From an uncultured bacterium (GTDB lineage: Bacteria; Fermentibacterota; Fermentibacteria; Fermentibacterales; JCC-6): a stretch of 62,837 nt of DNA. The position numbers and the translations under genes were made by a program. Below, piece by piece: positions 18,188-27,927 of this stretch (its first letter is position 1; each line of letters opens with the position of its first letter). The notes beneath the pieces were generated by a model. The model did not search any database. It was given only the letters and a program-made list of their open reading frames with translations, and was not told the DNA's origin. The stretch is from contig CAZRXU010000003.1 in NCBI GenBank assembly GCA_964604135.1, forward strand, positions 1-62,837, written 5' to 3'.

Positions 18188-21100
18188 TTATTTAATATTA
18201 TACATTATCATTTTGATAGAATTGCCAGGCAACGAATCAGCGGTTACAGACTGAACACTCTCCGGGTGTTTCTCGGCCAGAAGCCTTGATACTGCATTGG
18301 CTTCTTCAAATGCCCCCATATACCTCTGGGCATAATCAAGTCTGTAAAGAAATGAAGGGTCGCCCGTTCTGGCGTATGCTCCCCGCCACACAGAGCAGGC
18401 AGCCACCCTTTTCCCAAGCCGCCACAGAGCCTCACCAAGAGACATCGAGTCTTCAGAAACATCTGTTGCAAGAAACACCTCGAAAGCTCTGTCATTCCGA
18501 AGCAGTGCTCTGGCTGAATCAGATTCAGAATCGCGTTTTGTTACCGCATCCCTCAACTTGTTCAGAAGTTCAGAATCACCTCTGGCAAACATAAATGCTT
18601 CAGAAATCCTGCCGGCCATCAACAAAAGCTCCACAACCTGCTGAACGCTAAGAGAACCGTCCTCGTTGGCTGTGGGAATGAATATGTCAACAATTTTACC
18701 TGCAGCTTCACGGTTCTGCTTAGAACCGTTTTTTAGTATATCGAGGGCAAACACAAACAGTTCATCGGTAGACTTGCATCTGACCAGCATATCAACTGCC
18801 GAAGATACTTCCGCGCTGTCTGACTTTCCAGCCCCGCCCGGGAATAGCAGAGCAACAGATTCCGCAGCCTGTTCACAATGAGAACACCGCTTCAGAAAAT
18901 CCATTCTATACTCCCGGTTATCAACAGCATCCTGCAGAAGAGCTTTTGATCGATCGACCCCAAGCTCAGCAAGAGCCACTCGTATGCTGTGAGCCTGCCT
19001 GAGATGTCCATTTTTCATAGCCAGTATTTCCAGATGTTCCAGTGCGTCTGCATTCCCAGACTCTCTCCAGTTGCGCATAGGCCCATCCAGCATTTCTGCA
19101 GGCAGCGTGATACCTTCGGGTAACTCCCGGTAAACAAAACCTTCCGCATTACTGAAGGAAAGCAGAAGAAGCATACCCAGTGTATCGTCGCCTGTTGGAA
19201 GAGCGGCAATCTTTTCCGCCAGCTCAGGTTTTATACACAAAGCTCTTGAAAGTACAGTTGAAGCGTCAAAGCCCTCTACGAATTTGATTCCCAGCTCTGC
19301 GGCAAATACCATACCGTCTGCATATCCATGCTCAACACAGTAATCGATACCAGCTTGAACAAGGTCAACAGCAACATCAGGGCTGCCCTCAACTGCTGTT
19401 CCTGCCGCTACCCTGTATCCCTCTGGATCACCAGCAAACAATCTGGCAAGAGCAAGACTTCGCTGCAGTACCGAGGAACCTGGAACCTCAACAACTGCAC
19501 TCTCTAGATATTCAAGAACAGCCTGCTGATCAAGGAACGAATTCAGTGTTTCTGCAGCACCGGAACTGTCATCTGTCTTCAACTGAGCCTGCGCCAGAGC
19601 AATCGCCATGGCTGAAGAAGCCTTTCCCGACTCAAGGTACTCGGAGAGAACTTCCCTGGCCAGTACAGCAGTTCTGTCGGAAGCCGCAGCTTTTGTAAGA
19701 AATTCGGTTGCCTGCTCCCCTTCGCCAGCCGCGAGCAATTCACAACCGCGAACAAGCTGGGTAATGTCATCACCTACATTGCCCACACCCTTAACGGAAG
19801 AAGCTGCAGTACCCGGCATTCCCCGGTCTATAAAATAGCTCAACCGGAAAAGCACAGTTTCGCCATCGGAGTCGAGAACAAGTTTGGAAGCCAGTTTATC
19901 CATCCAGTCTTCAATACCGCTGGAAGCCATGACAGGCAACAGCTTTTCCACAACTTTGCCCTTGCCGCTCTTGTTCAGAGTTTCAAACAGATCTGCCGGT
20001 TTCATAGCAGATATGGAAGAAAAAGGCAGAGCAGATATCATGCTGGTTACCCTTTCCACAAGGCCAGAGTCAGAAAGAGCTGCCGTAAAATGTGCGGTGG
20101 AATCTTTCAGGTTTCCTGCATAAATATTTGAAGCAGCAACCACCAGTTCCCCTGCTGGCGACCTGGGAACAAATCCTGACGCGAGAACTTCTTTCCCGCG
20201 ATCACGCAGGATCTCCCGGTCATAAATTTCCAGAAGCCCGTTGTCTTTGACCTCTTCTCCGACCAGAAGCAGTTCCAGCCAGTCTGAAGCAGAATCAGCC
20301 CCTTTGCCTGTTTTGTAACCTGCGGCTGCCCTGAGCCTTCTCAGCTCGTGGTGTGTTCCCATGAGGTCATCAAAATTTGCTAAAACCGATACAATATCCT
20401 GCTTCGATTTAATATCTTGTCTGGCTGAGAGATGCTTCAGTGTGGCAGCGGCTTCTCCGCCTCTCTTGTCTATCAGAAGAACAACTGCCAGCAGGGTTAG
20501 AACTGCAGCACTTGTTCTGTCGCGCTTCAGAAGTTTCTGAATCTGTTCAAGAACCCACTCCGGTGTCTGCCTGGCGCTAAGCCCCAGCACCTCTACAGCA
20601 TCTTCCACCGCACCTTTGTTAACAAGAAATTCTCCCAGTTTCCCGGAAATAAGCCCCTCCCTGTCTACACCGGAATTAATAAACTTTCTGCAGGTTTCCA
20701 CAATGGGAGAGTCGACCACATCATCACACTGAAACGCCCTGTCAACCGAATCTAGAGCCTGCGTATTCTCTCCCCTTGCAAGCCTGAGACGGGCCTGAAG
20801 AAGGTGTACTCTCGCGTGACCGGAAGCGCTTATTACAAAGTGCGTTACAGCCTGCTCCAGCATGGAAGTATTACCGTGCTCGTCTATAAGATCGTCCAGA
20901 ATAAGACTGGCATCATCTGGTCTTCCACTGGCATTGATCAGCCTTGCCAGTGAAACTCTGGCCCTCGGAGTCTGATCGGCATGAAGAAGATCCTTCTCTA
21001 CAAGGGCGATAGCCTTGTTTACGATATCAACTTCCGCATCAAAAAGGCTGGGCAGTTCTGCGATGGCCCTTTCCGAGTCTCCTATTGCGGTAAGCACCGT

Positions 21101-21736
21101 TATTCTCTTCAAATTCACACCCATGTCGGTACCGCCGGTTCTGGCAGCTATCCAGCCACTTAGCCTTGCAAGACTTTCTTCCGGGAATCTGCATCTTTCA
21201 GCGGAATCCACCAGAACATCCATAGCGGCACCGGGATCTCCCCTGTGCAACTGAATAACAGCCCATGCAAGAACTCTGTCTATACTCGAACCCAGTTCTC
21301 TTCCAGTAACCCCGTCCAGAGTCTGAAAAGCACTTTGAACGGATTCGGCAAAACGACCCACCGTTAGTTTCTCTGTTCTTCCCAGCAACTCAATTAAACC
21401 GTTGAAATCCCTCTGGTGAAGCCTTGTACGCCAGATAACCCGAAGCAGTTCAATTGATCGGGGAAACTGAGACTGCTTTTCTTCCAGAAGCCGGGAAACA
21501 TTCATCCTGAGATCAGGATGTGTTCGCATAATGTTCTCACCAATTCTTCCACCCAGATCCGGGTGACCAATATCCATAAGAAATGGAACCAGTTTCATCG
21601 CCACTTCGTGGTCTGTCAGAAGCAGATCAAGGTCTTCCTCAACCATGACCGCTGCCTGGTCAACCATATCGCTTGCAGCCAGATCCTGAATTTTCTTAAA
21701 CGCTCTCTGTGATTTTGATCCGAATAGAAATGCCAT
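18188..21736 (-). CDS. 1182-aa all-helical solenoid/TPR-like protein of unknown function
   Basis: Long ORF, Ala/Leu-rich helical repeats (LARLINASGRPDDA, LARGENTQAL, LWRLGKRVAA); no signal peptide, TM segment or enzyme motif seen. Confidence 0.75.
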   Translation of the reverse strand: MAFLFGSKSQRAFKKIQDLAASDMVDQAAVMVEEDLDLLLTDHEVAMKLVPFLMDIGHPDLGGRIGENIMRTHPDLRMNVSRLLEEKQSQFPRSIELLRVIWRTRLHQRDFNGLIELLGRTEKLTVGRFAESVQSAFQTLDGVTGRELGSSIDRVLAWAVIQLHRGDPGAAMDVLVDSAERCRFPEESLARLSGWIAARTGGTDMGVNLKRITVLTAIGDSERAIAELPSLFDAEVDIVNKAIALVEKDLLHADQTPRARVSLARLINASGRPDDASLILDDLIDEHGNTSMLEQAVTHFVISASGHARVHLLQARLRLARGENTQALDSVDRAFQCDDVVDSPIVETCRKFINSGVDREGLISGKLGEFLVNKGAVEDAVEVLGLSARQTPEWVLEQIQKLLKRDRTSAAVLTLLAVVLLIDKRGGEAAATLKHLSARQDIKSKQDIVSVLANFDDLMGTHHELRRLRAAAGYKTGKGADSASDWLELLLVGEEVKDNGLLEIYDREILRDRGKEVLASGFVPRSPAGELVVAASNIYAGNLKDSTAHFTAALSDSGLVERVTSMISALPFSSISAMKPADLFETLNKSGKGKVVEKLLPVMASSGIEDWMDKLASKLVLDSDGETVLFRLSYFIDRGMPGTAASSVKGVGNVGDDITQLVRGCELLAAGEGEQATEFLTKAAASDRTAVLAREVLSEYLESGKASSAMAIALAQAQLKTDDSSGAAETLNSFLDQQAVLEYLESAVVEVPGSSVLQRSLALARLFAGDPEGYRVAAGTAVEGSPDVAVDLVQAGIDYCVEHGYADGMVFAAELGIKFVEGFDASTVLSRALCIKPELAEKIAALPTGDDTLGMLLLLSFSNAEGFVYRELPEGITLPAEMLDGPMRNWRESGNADALEHLEILAMKNGHLRQAHSIRVALAELGVDRSKALLQDAVDNREYRMDFLKRCSHCEQAAESVALLFPGGAGKSDSAEVSSAVDMLVRCKSTDELFVFALDILKNGSKQNREAAGKIVDIFIPTANEDGSLSVQQVVELLLMAGRISEAFMFARGDSELLNKLRDAVTKRDSESDSARALLRNDRAFEVFLATDVSEDSMSLGEALWRLGKRVAACSVWRGAYARTGDPSFLYRLDYAQRYMGAFEEANAVSRLLAEKHPESVQSVTADSLPGNSIKMIMYNIK

Positions 21737-21741
21737 GACAC

Positions 21742-23148
21742 CTACTCCGGTTTAATGATCAGGTTTTCACCAATTGATAATGCTGCTGAATCCTTGTTGT
21801 TTAGTTCCATAATCTGTTCTACGCTGACTCCGTATCGATTGGCAAGCGTCCACATCGAATCGCCTGCCTTAACTGTGTGCGTGACCACACTGTCTGCCCG
21901 CACTATTGAAACAGCCCCAGCCTCTTCAGAAGGTGTACCCCTTAAGAGAAGCTTCTGCCCGGGATGTATCACCGCTGCTGTAGACATATCGTTCCACAGG
22001 GCTACCTCTCTGGAAGATACTCCAACCGAGGCCCCGATTCCACCAAGGGTATCTCCGGATCGTACAGTATACTGAAAAAAGCCGGCACTGACGGCAGCAC
22101 TTGAATTCACTGGAACTCTGGTGCTTTCCGGCAACAGAATGTACCCGCCGGAAGGGGGCAAAGATGAATTATTCGCATCCATAAGATCGTTTACAGCGAT
22201 ACCTGTAGCCTGCCCAATAGATGTCCATGAATCACCGCTCTTTACCATGTATCTGTCTCTTGGAATAGACCACGCAGCTTGAAACGCAATCGAAGCCCGG
22301 AGTGTTGGCACAACTACTTCCCAGTTTCTTTGTCCTGCAGGTGTTACCTCTCTTAAGAAGCCCCTGTTGTGCTCTGCCAGGAATTCAGGGTCTATACTGC
22401 TCTCTGCAGCCAGCAGTCTTAAATCAAGACCTGGTGGAACCAGAATTACAGACAGTGCCGGTTCAACCGATTCCAGCTGACGGATGGCCAGAAGGGCCGC
22501 AGAGTACCTCGGAACAAAAGCATCCGTCTCTCCCGGAAGCTCGATCATTCCGTACTGCCTTCTGGTTGCATTGGAGATAGCCCTCTGTACAACCCCCTCA
22601 CCACAGTTGTAGGCGGCAAGAGCCAGATGCCAGTCATCAAACATTCGATTCAGATACAACAGATAATTCGATGCCGTTCTTGTGGAAGCTGTCCAGGAAT
22701 AACGTTCATCAACCTGGTCTGTCATGTTCATTCGAAACTGCCTGGCTGTTCCGCTCATGAACTGCCACGGCCCGGCAGCACCCACCCTTGAGTAATCGCC
22801 GACATAATAGTTGCTCTCAACCCAGGGCAGCGCAGCCAGGTCAGGTGGTGCTCCCTGGCTTTTCAAAAGAGCTTCCAGCAGCAGCACAGTTCCATCATCC
22901 GCCGGACACCCTTCCGGAGTGTAGTTAAGATCGCTGAGGTGGGGGGCATACAATGGGATAGTTCCAGACGGCTCAACTCTTCCAGAGGAACCGGAAAGAA
23001 CAGGGAACACCGGCCTTTCTGAATACAGAGTAACTTCAGGAATCGTCTGTGATCCTGAAGTTACAACAGCAGCATCCGATGAATCATGAAGCCTGATGCC
23101 CGAACACGACGAAAAGAACAATATTACAGCTGTTGTCTGAAAACACAT
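21742..23148 (-). CDS. MltD-like lytic transglycosylase lipoprotein with three LysM domains
   Basis: LPWVESNY (catalytic Glu), AAGPWQFM..TA, DERY, LALAAYNCGEG; LysM YMVKSGDS, YTVRSGDTL, HTVKAGDSM. Start moved to ATG 23148 (MCFQTTAVILFFSSC, lipobox-like) to avoid overlap with asd. Confidence 0.85.
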   Translation of the reverse strand: MCFQTTAVILFFSSCSGIRLHDSSDAAVVTSGSQTIPEVTLYSERPVFPVLSGSSGRVEPSGTIPLYAPHLSDLNYTPEGCPADDGTVLLLEALLKSQGAPPDLAALPWVESNYYVGDYSRVGAAGPWQFMSGTARQFRMNMTDQVDERYSWTASTRTASNYLLYLNRMFDDWHLALAAYNCGEGVVQRAISNATRRQYGMIELPGETDAFVPRYSAALLAIRQLESVEPALSVILVPPGLDLRLLAAESSIDPEFLAEHNRGFLREVTPAGQRNWEVVVPTLRASIAFQAAWSIPRDRYMVKSGDSWTSIGQATGIAVNDLMDANNSSLPPSGGYILLPESTRVPVNSSAAVSAGFFQYTVRSGDTLGGIGASVGVSSREVALWNDMSTAAVIHPGQKLLLRGTPSEEAGAVSIVRADSVVTHTVKAGDSMWTLANRYGVSVEQIMELNNKDSAALSIGENLIIKPE

Positions 23149-23175
23149 TAGCCAGCCAGCCAGAGAGGTTATGAC

Positions 23176-24144
23176 ATGCTGAAAATTGGAATCGTCGGGG
23201 CAACCGGTCTCGTCGGTGATAAAATGATTTCCGTACTTCAGGAGAGTTCCCTTCCCGTCCATGAGTTAAGGCTCTTTGCAACGGCAAAAAGCACCGGTCA
23301 AACTGTGTTGTTCCGGGGTCTCCCCCATACGGTTGAAATAATACAAAAAGCCTCCTGGGAAAAGGGCATGATTATTCTCGGTGCAACTTCGTCCGAGGTT
23401 GCGCGAAAGTGGGTTCCGAAAGCTCTTCTGGCAGGCGCCAGTGTAATAGATAATTCCTCGGCATACAGACTGGACGCAGACGTTCCTCTGGTTGTTCCCG
23501 AAGTTAACCCACAGGCTGTAACAGGTAATCACAAACTGATCGCCAACCCCAACTGCTCCACAATACAACTTGTCATGGCACTGGGTCCTCTAACTGCTGT
23601 CGCTCCTGTGGAATGGGTTTCAGTCGTTACCTACCAGTCTGTTTCGGGCAGCGGCAGAGAAGGCATAGCTGCACTTGAAAGGCAGGAGAACAAAACACCG
23701 GAGGTAAATTCGTTCCACCGAAATGTGCTGTGCGAAATAGGAACGCCGGAGCCTTCGGGATACACCGGAGAAGAAATCAAGCTTATTAAGGAAACTCCAA
23801 AGATACTGGGAGTGAGTTTTCCGGTTTATCCGTCCTGCGCAAGGGTTCCTGTGGTAACAGGTCATACTGAAAGCGTAACTGTAAAATTCAAGCAGCCGGT
23901 TTCTGCAAAAACGGCAAAAAGAACCCTTGAAAAAGCCCCGGGAGTAGATGTACAAAGCCTGGGTTGCCAGCCTGTTCAAGTAGAGGGAACAGACCGCACA
24001 GTTATTGGAAGAGTAAGAAACCATCCTGCCGATGACACGATTGTTCAGTTCTGGGTAACCGCCGACAATGTTCGGAAAGGAGCAGCTCTGAATGCTGTTC
24101 AAATTCTTGAACTCGTGGCGAAAAACACAACCGGCTCTGCGTAA
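23176..24144 (+). CDS. asd: Aspartate-semialdehyde dehydrogenase
   Basis: IVGATGLVG, VIDNSSAYRL..DVPLVVPEVN, IANPNCST (catalytic Cys), TYQSVSGSG, RVPVVTGH, DNVRKGAALNAVQI. Confidence 0.93.
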   Translation: MLKIGIVGATGLVGDKMISVLQESSLPVHELRLFATAKSTGQTVLFRGLPHTVEIIQKASWEKGMIILGATSSEVARKWVPKALLAGASVIDNSSAYRLDADVPLVVPEVNPQAVTGNHKLIANPNCSTIQLVMALGPLTAVAPVEWVSVVTYQSVSGSGREGIAALERQENKTPEVNSFHRNVLCEIGTPEPSGYTGEEIKLIKETPKILGVSFPVYPSCARVPVVTGHTESVTVKFKQPVSAKTAKRTLEKAPGVDVQSLGCQPVQVEGTDRTVIGRVRNHPADDTIVQFWVTADNVRKGAALNAVQILELVAKNTTGSA

Positions 24145-24154
24145 ACAGAGCCGG
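24131..24154. terminator. Hairpin terminator between convergent asd and zinc-ribbon genes
   Basis: Perfect 9-bp stem CCGGCTCTG-CGTAAA-CAGAGCCGG overlapping the asd stop; followed by TTGTGTTTTT on the minus strand. Confidence 0.65.
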
Positions 24155-24179
24155 CAGTAATAAACAATAACTTCTTCCT

Positions 24180-24869
24180 CTAAAGGTCGAGATCTCCATC
24201 ATCGAGAAGATCAAATTCATCGTCATCACTCTCATCATCAAGAGCAGCACCGCACTCTTCGCAAAAGAGCTTCTGAGGTGGATTCACGTGCTCGCATGTG
24301 GGACATGTGACTGATTCATCATCTGTTTCTTCTAAATCAATATCGTCTTCATCAAGATCAAGTTCGTCAAGACTGTCATCGTTTGAAGGTTTTTGTGCTA
24401 CTACCTTTGGCGCACCACCTTTGGCAGCCTTACCCTGTGTAGCTTCTTCAACATCTCTGAGAACCTTCTTCAGGTCTCCCAGTTCTGCACGGAAACTGTC
24501 AAGTTCGCCTGATGTGTTGTTTCGTTTTTTAACCGCAGCATCAAGATCCTTCTGGAAAGTAGGATCGTTTTCATCGTGCTCGCGAAGCCTTGCCCTGATT
24601 TGAAGCTCTTCAACAAGATCAGATTCGTTCTGATGCTTCTGTTCAAGCTCATTGATCTTCTTTGTAAGATCGTTGACTTTGCCCTCTAAAGAACCTTTTT
24701 CAGCACCAAGCTTGCCCAGAACTTCATTAAGCTGATTATCGTAGTCGCCCTTGATTCTGGAGTAAACCCTCTGGTTAGTCTCCGCCCTCATGGTTTCAAG
24801 ATTAGACAGCCTTTCGGCAAGTTCCGTACGTCTCGCCAGGAGATCCTGGATCTTCCTTTCCAGCGCCAT
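24180..24869 (-). CDS. Coiled-coil protein with acidic linker and C-terminal zinc ribbon
   Basis: ATG 24869 after GGAGG; long heptads; CPTCEHVNPPQKLFCEECG; acidic tracts DDSLDELDLDEDDIDLEE and DDESDDDEFDLLDDGDLDL. Confidence 0.75.
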   Translation of the reverse strand: MALERKIQDLLARRTELAERLSNLETMRAETNQRVYSRIKGDYDNQLNEVLGKLGAEKGSLEGKVNDLTKKINELEQKHQNESDLVEELQIRARLREHDENDPTFQKDLDAAVKKRNNTSGELDSFRAELGDLKKVLRDVEEATQGKAAKGGAPKVVAQKPSNDDSLDELDLDEDDIDLEETDDESVTCPTCEHVNPPQKLFCEECGAALDDESDDDEFDLLDDGDLDL

Positions 24870-24930
24870 TACCCCTCCATTCTCAATTACCCGTTTTTTC
24901 AACAATCACCATACACTGCGATATCTTTCT

Positions 24931-25923
24931 TCATTTTCCAGTGGATGTCAAGGAGAGAACAACAGAAGCAATTGAAGCAAGAGCATCAGATCCTGTCTTC
25001 AGAGCATAATCCGCAGCGGCGAAACACTCTAGTATTTCAGAAGTTGCATAGTTCACACGCCTGACTGCCCGGGTCTCAACAGTCCTCCATACAAACGATG
25101 GAATACCCAGCCTTTTTGCTGCAGCCTGCGTTGATATACCGCTTTGAAGCAATTCTCTGGCTGCTGCAGTCTGCCTCCACTGACTGTAAAGAAGCGCCAG
25201 CAACCTTATAGGCTCTTCTCCCGAATTTATAAGCACAGAAAGAGAACTCATAGCTGCCCCCTTCTTCCCGGAAAGAACCTCTGCTGTGAACTGAAATGCA
25301 GTAGCCTCCGCTGAACCAAGCACTGCGTCATACACCCCTTGAGAATCAACAACGGACCCACTTCCGTGGTACAGGGCAGTGCGTTTTACAACATCCCCAA
25401 GCCTTTCCAGCTTTCCAGACGCAATGGCTTCCGCAGCCTGAGATCCATCCCTGGTAAAAGAAATTCCTTCTTCCGCTGCTATAGTTCCCACCCATTTCCA
25501 CATTCTGTCTGCAAAAGGCTCCCAGCACACAAAAGCTGTTCCTGCCCGCTCCATTTTTGTCATGAACATGTTCGACGGTTTCCTTCCTGCTGTACGGCAG
25601 AAAACGATGTGTTCAAAACCACCGGAGACTATCCCGTCTAACTCGCTCTTCTGAGCCCTGGAAAGTTTATCGACCTCACCAATTACCACGAACTTTCCCG
25701 GGCTGAAAAGTGACGCCTCGCTGAACAGTGCTGAAAGATTTACCTCTTTCAGATCGTCAGGGACAATTCTAACAGGCTCAAAAGACAGCTCGACCCCACG
25801 GCTGCAAAAAACATCCAGAAGCCGGTTGGACTGATAGTATTCTTCCCCAGACACTACAAACAAATCTCCTGGAGATGCAGATTTCACTTTCTTCATCATC
25901 TCGGCAAAGTTCTTGACTATCAA
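24931..25923 (-). CDS. holA: DNA polymerase III delta subunit
   Basis: VVSGEEYY, SLFSPGKFVVI, W...A.EEG..F...G, ATAFQF..EVL, GEEPIRLLALL, ADYALKTG. Confidence 0.8.
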   Translation of the reverse strand: MIVKNFAEMMKKVKSASPGDLFVVSGEEYYQSNRLLDVFCSRGVELSFEPVRIVPDDLKEVNLSALFSEASLFSPGKFVVIGEVDKLSRAQKSELDGIVSGGFEHIVFCRTAGRKPSNMFMTKMERAGTAFVCWEPFADRMWKWVGTIAAEEGISFTRDGSQAAEAIASGKLERLGDVVKRTALYHGSGSVVDSQGVYDAVLGSAEATAFQFTAEVLSGKKGAAMSSLSVLINSGEEPIRLLALLYSQWRQTAAARELLQSGISTQAAAKRLGIPSFVWRTVETRAVRRVNYATSEILECFAAADYALKTGSDALASIASVVLSLTSTGK

Positions 25924-26004
25924 TTCTCAGCACCTCTCGGGTATTGCCCCTTGAACAGCATTTTGCTTATTTTCCACCCTCAATTCAACAGAGGGGATCC
26001 TTTA

Positions 26005-27852
26005 ATGTTAACCTGGTTCAGAAACAATGCAAAGATATTCCTTATCGCCGTCGTTGTCATCTTCGTTGGCATGATTTTTTTCCAGTGGGGGCTGGGAGGT
26101 GTCCAGAACATTGAAGTTGACAAGCTTGTTGTTGGTACTGTAAACGGAACAGGGCTTCAACCCGCATCATACGACGCTGTCCGCGATGAAGTTTACAACA
26201 ACATGAAAAGTCAGATGCAGCAGATGGGAGACCCTGATCCGGAAAACCACCTTGCACTGATGTTCAACGACATAAACAACTCTGCCTTTGATATTCTGGT
26301 TGACAGAACGCTTCAGAATGAATACCTGAAGCAGCTGGGGTGGGAACCGGTAAAGCCTTCAATTGCACAGGCTCTTCTTAAAACCCAACTCCAGATATTT
26401 GGTATTGAAGATCCCGATGGTTACATGAAAGAATACGAAAATGACCCCAATTACAGATCAACCCTGTACCAGTTGATTGCCCAGGCAGACAGGGCCATGT
26501 TTGGAGCCGCAGTTTCCCTGGAAAACATAATATCGGCAAACGAGGTCGAGTTTCTCCTGCAGGATGCTATGACATCGGTTTCTGCAAGATACATCCCGTT
26601 CAACTCTTCTCCTGAGATTCCATCACAAGATGAGCTTGAAGAGTTCTACAATGCAAACACTGATCTCTTTGTGTCATCTCCCGGAGCAACGATAAGATAC
26701 GCCACATTCTCTATTCAACCAACGCAGGAAGATATAGAAGCAACCCTTGCCATGGTCGATTCTCTTGCCCTAAGCGGTACAGGAATGCCAGATACTTTCT
26801 CGGTCACCAGAGCCCAGCTTGCCGGGTTCTCGGGCTGGAATATTGATCTCTCCACCGGTGACCTGTCGGAACCTTTTCTTGCGGCTTCCATGAATCAGAC
26901 TTCAATGATGGCCGGGCATTCCGTGGAACTGCTCTCTGTGAACAGTACAGTTGAAGACACCACAGAAGGAAGTGATACTCTTACACTTGTTCACTGGGAA
27001 ATACCTCTGTTCCCCGGCTACAGAACTGTGAGAGAAGCTTTCTGGGATCTTGAGGAAAACGCCGAATCAATTCTTGTTACAGAAAGCCCAGTCTACGATC
27101 AGCAGTCTCTGGTCGACTACGGCGAAATTGCAATAAGCATAGAGACTACACCGTCGGCTACTGTTCCCCAGGCCCTGATCTCTTTTGCCACTGATTCCAT
27201 CTGGACAGACACTATTGGACCTGTATTCTATGTACCCAGTCTTACCACGGGATACCCCGCCCTCATGGTAGCAAGAAAGCTTGAAGAAATTCAAGGAGGG
27301 CAGTTAAGCCTTCAAGAAGCTCTGGACAGCAATGCAATACTGCTTGAGCTCTACACACAGAGGCAGCAGGATGAATCCTTTGCCATGGCTTCCAGTGCTC
27401 TGTCCGGCATTGAAAGCAGCGGGCTAAGCCTTGATGAATGGGCTGCAGCAGAATCTCTTGAGATTTATGACACGCAGCAGTTCAACCCGGTATCGGTAAG
27501 GCAGTGGGCCGGGTCTGAACAGTCTGCATACCGGGGTCTTCTCGGATGCAAAGACTTCGCTGATGTCTCTCTTCTTGCAGACGAATTCACTGTTCAAGGT
27601 CCGTTCAGCAACAATGGAGTAACCTATCTTGCAGAAATCATCAGCCGCACTGACGCGCAGATTCCTGAAAACAGATCACAGCTTGCAGGTTTCTATCTCT
27701 CGGTTCAAAACAGCCATAACCAGGTTTTCTTCGGCAGACTGATGGCATCCCTGCGTAGCAACGCTGACATACAGGATCAGAGAGGCCAGTACTACAACAC
27801 CATGGACTCTCTCAGAGCAGACTACGCTGCCACCCACGAAGCCCAGCAGTAA
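26005..27852 (+). CDS. SurA N-terminal domain / PpiD-like periplasmic chaperone
   Basis: MLTWFRNNAKIFLIAVVVIFVGMIFFQWG N-terminal anchor typical of PpiD, VGTVNG, EEFYNANTDLF...IRYA; AGAGGGG RBS. Confidence 0.7.
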   Translation: MLTWFRNNAKIFLIAVVVIFVGMIFFQWGLGGVQNIEVDKLVVGTVNGTGLQPASYDAVRDEVYNNMKSQMQQMGDPDPENHLALMFNDINNSAFDILVDRTLQNEYLKQLGWEPVKPSIAQALLKTQLQIFGIEDPDGYMKEYENDPNYRSTLYQLIAQADRAMFGAAVSLENIISANEVEFLLQDAMTSVSARYIPFNSSPEIPSQDELEEFYNANTDLFVSSPGATIRYATFSIQPTQEDIEATLAMVDSLALSGTGMPDTFSVTRAQLAGFSGWNIDLSTGDLSEPFLAASMNQTSMMAGHSVELLSVNSTVEDTTEGSDTLTLVHWEIPLFPGYRTVREAFWDLEENAESILVTESPVYDQQSLVDYGEIAISIETTPSATVPQALISFATDSIWTDTIGPVFYVPSLTTGYPALMVARKLEEIQGGQLSLQEALDSNAILLELYTQRQQDESFAMASSALSGIESSGLSLDEWAAAESLEIYDTQQFNPVSVRQWAGSEQSAYRGLLGCKDFADVSLLADEFTVQGPFSNNGVTYLAEIISRTDAQIPENRSQLAGFYLSVQNSHNQVFFGRLMASLRSNADIQDQRGQYYNTMDSLRADYAATHEAQQ

Positions 27853-27877
27853 TCCTGCGAATACAATTCCATTCGAT

Positions 27878-27903
27878 AAGCCCCTGCCAAAAGGCGGGGG
27901 CTT
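27878..27903. terminator. Bidirectional terminator between the surA-like gene and the ABC permease
   Basis: AAGCCCCTGCC-AAAA-GGCGGGGGCTT hairpin between convergent genes. Confidence 0.65.
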
Positions 27904-27927
27904 CTTGCAACAGTGTTCGGTTGCAAA

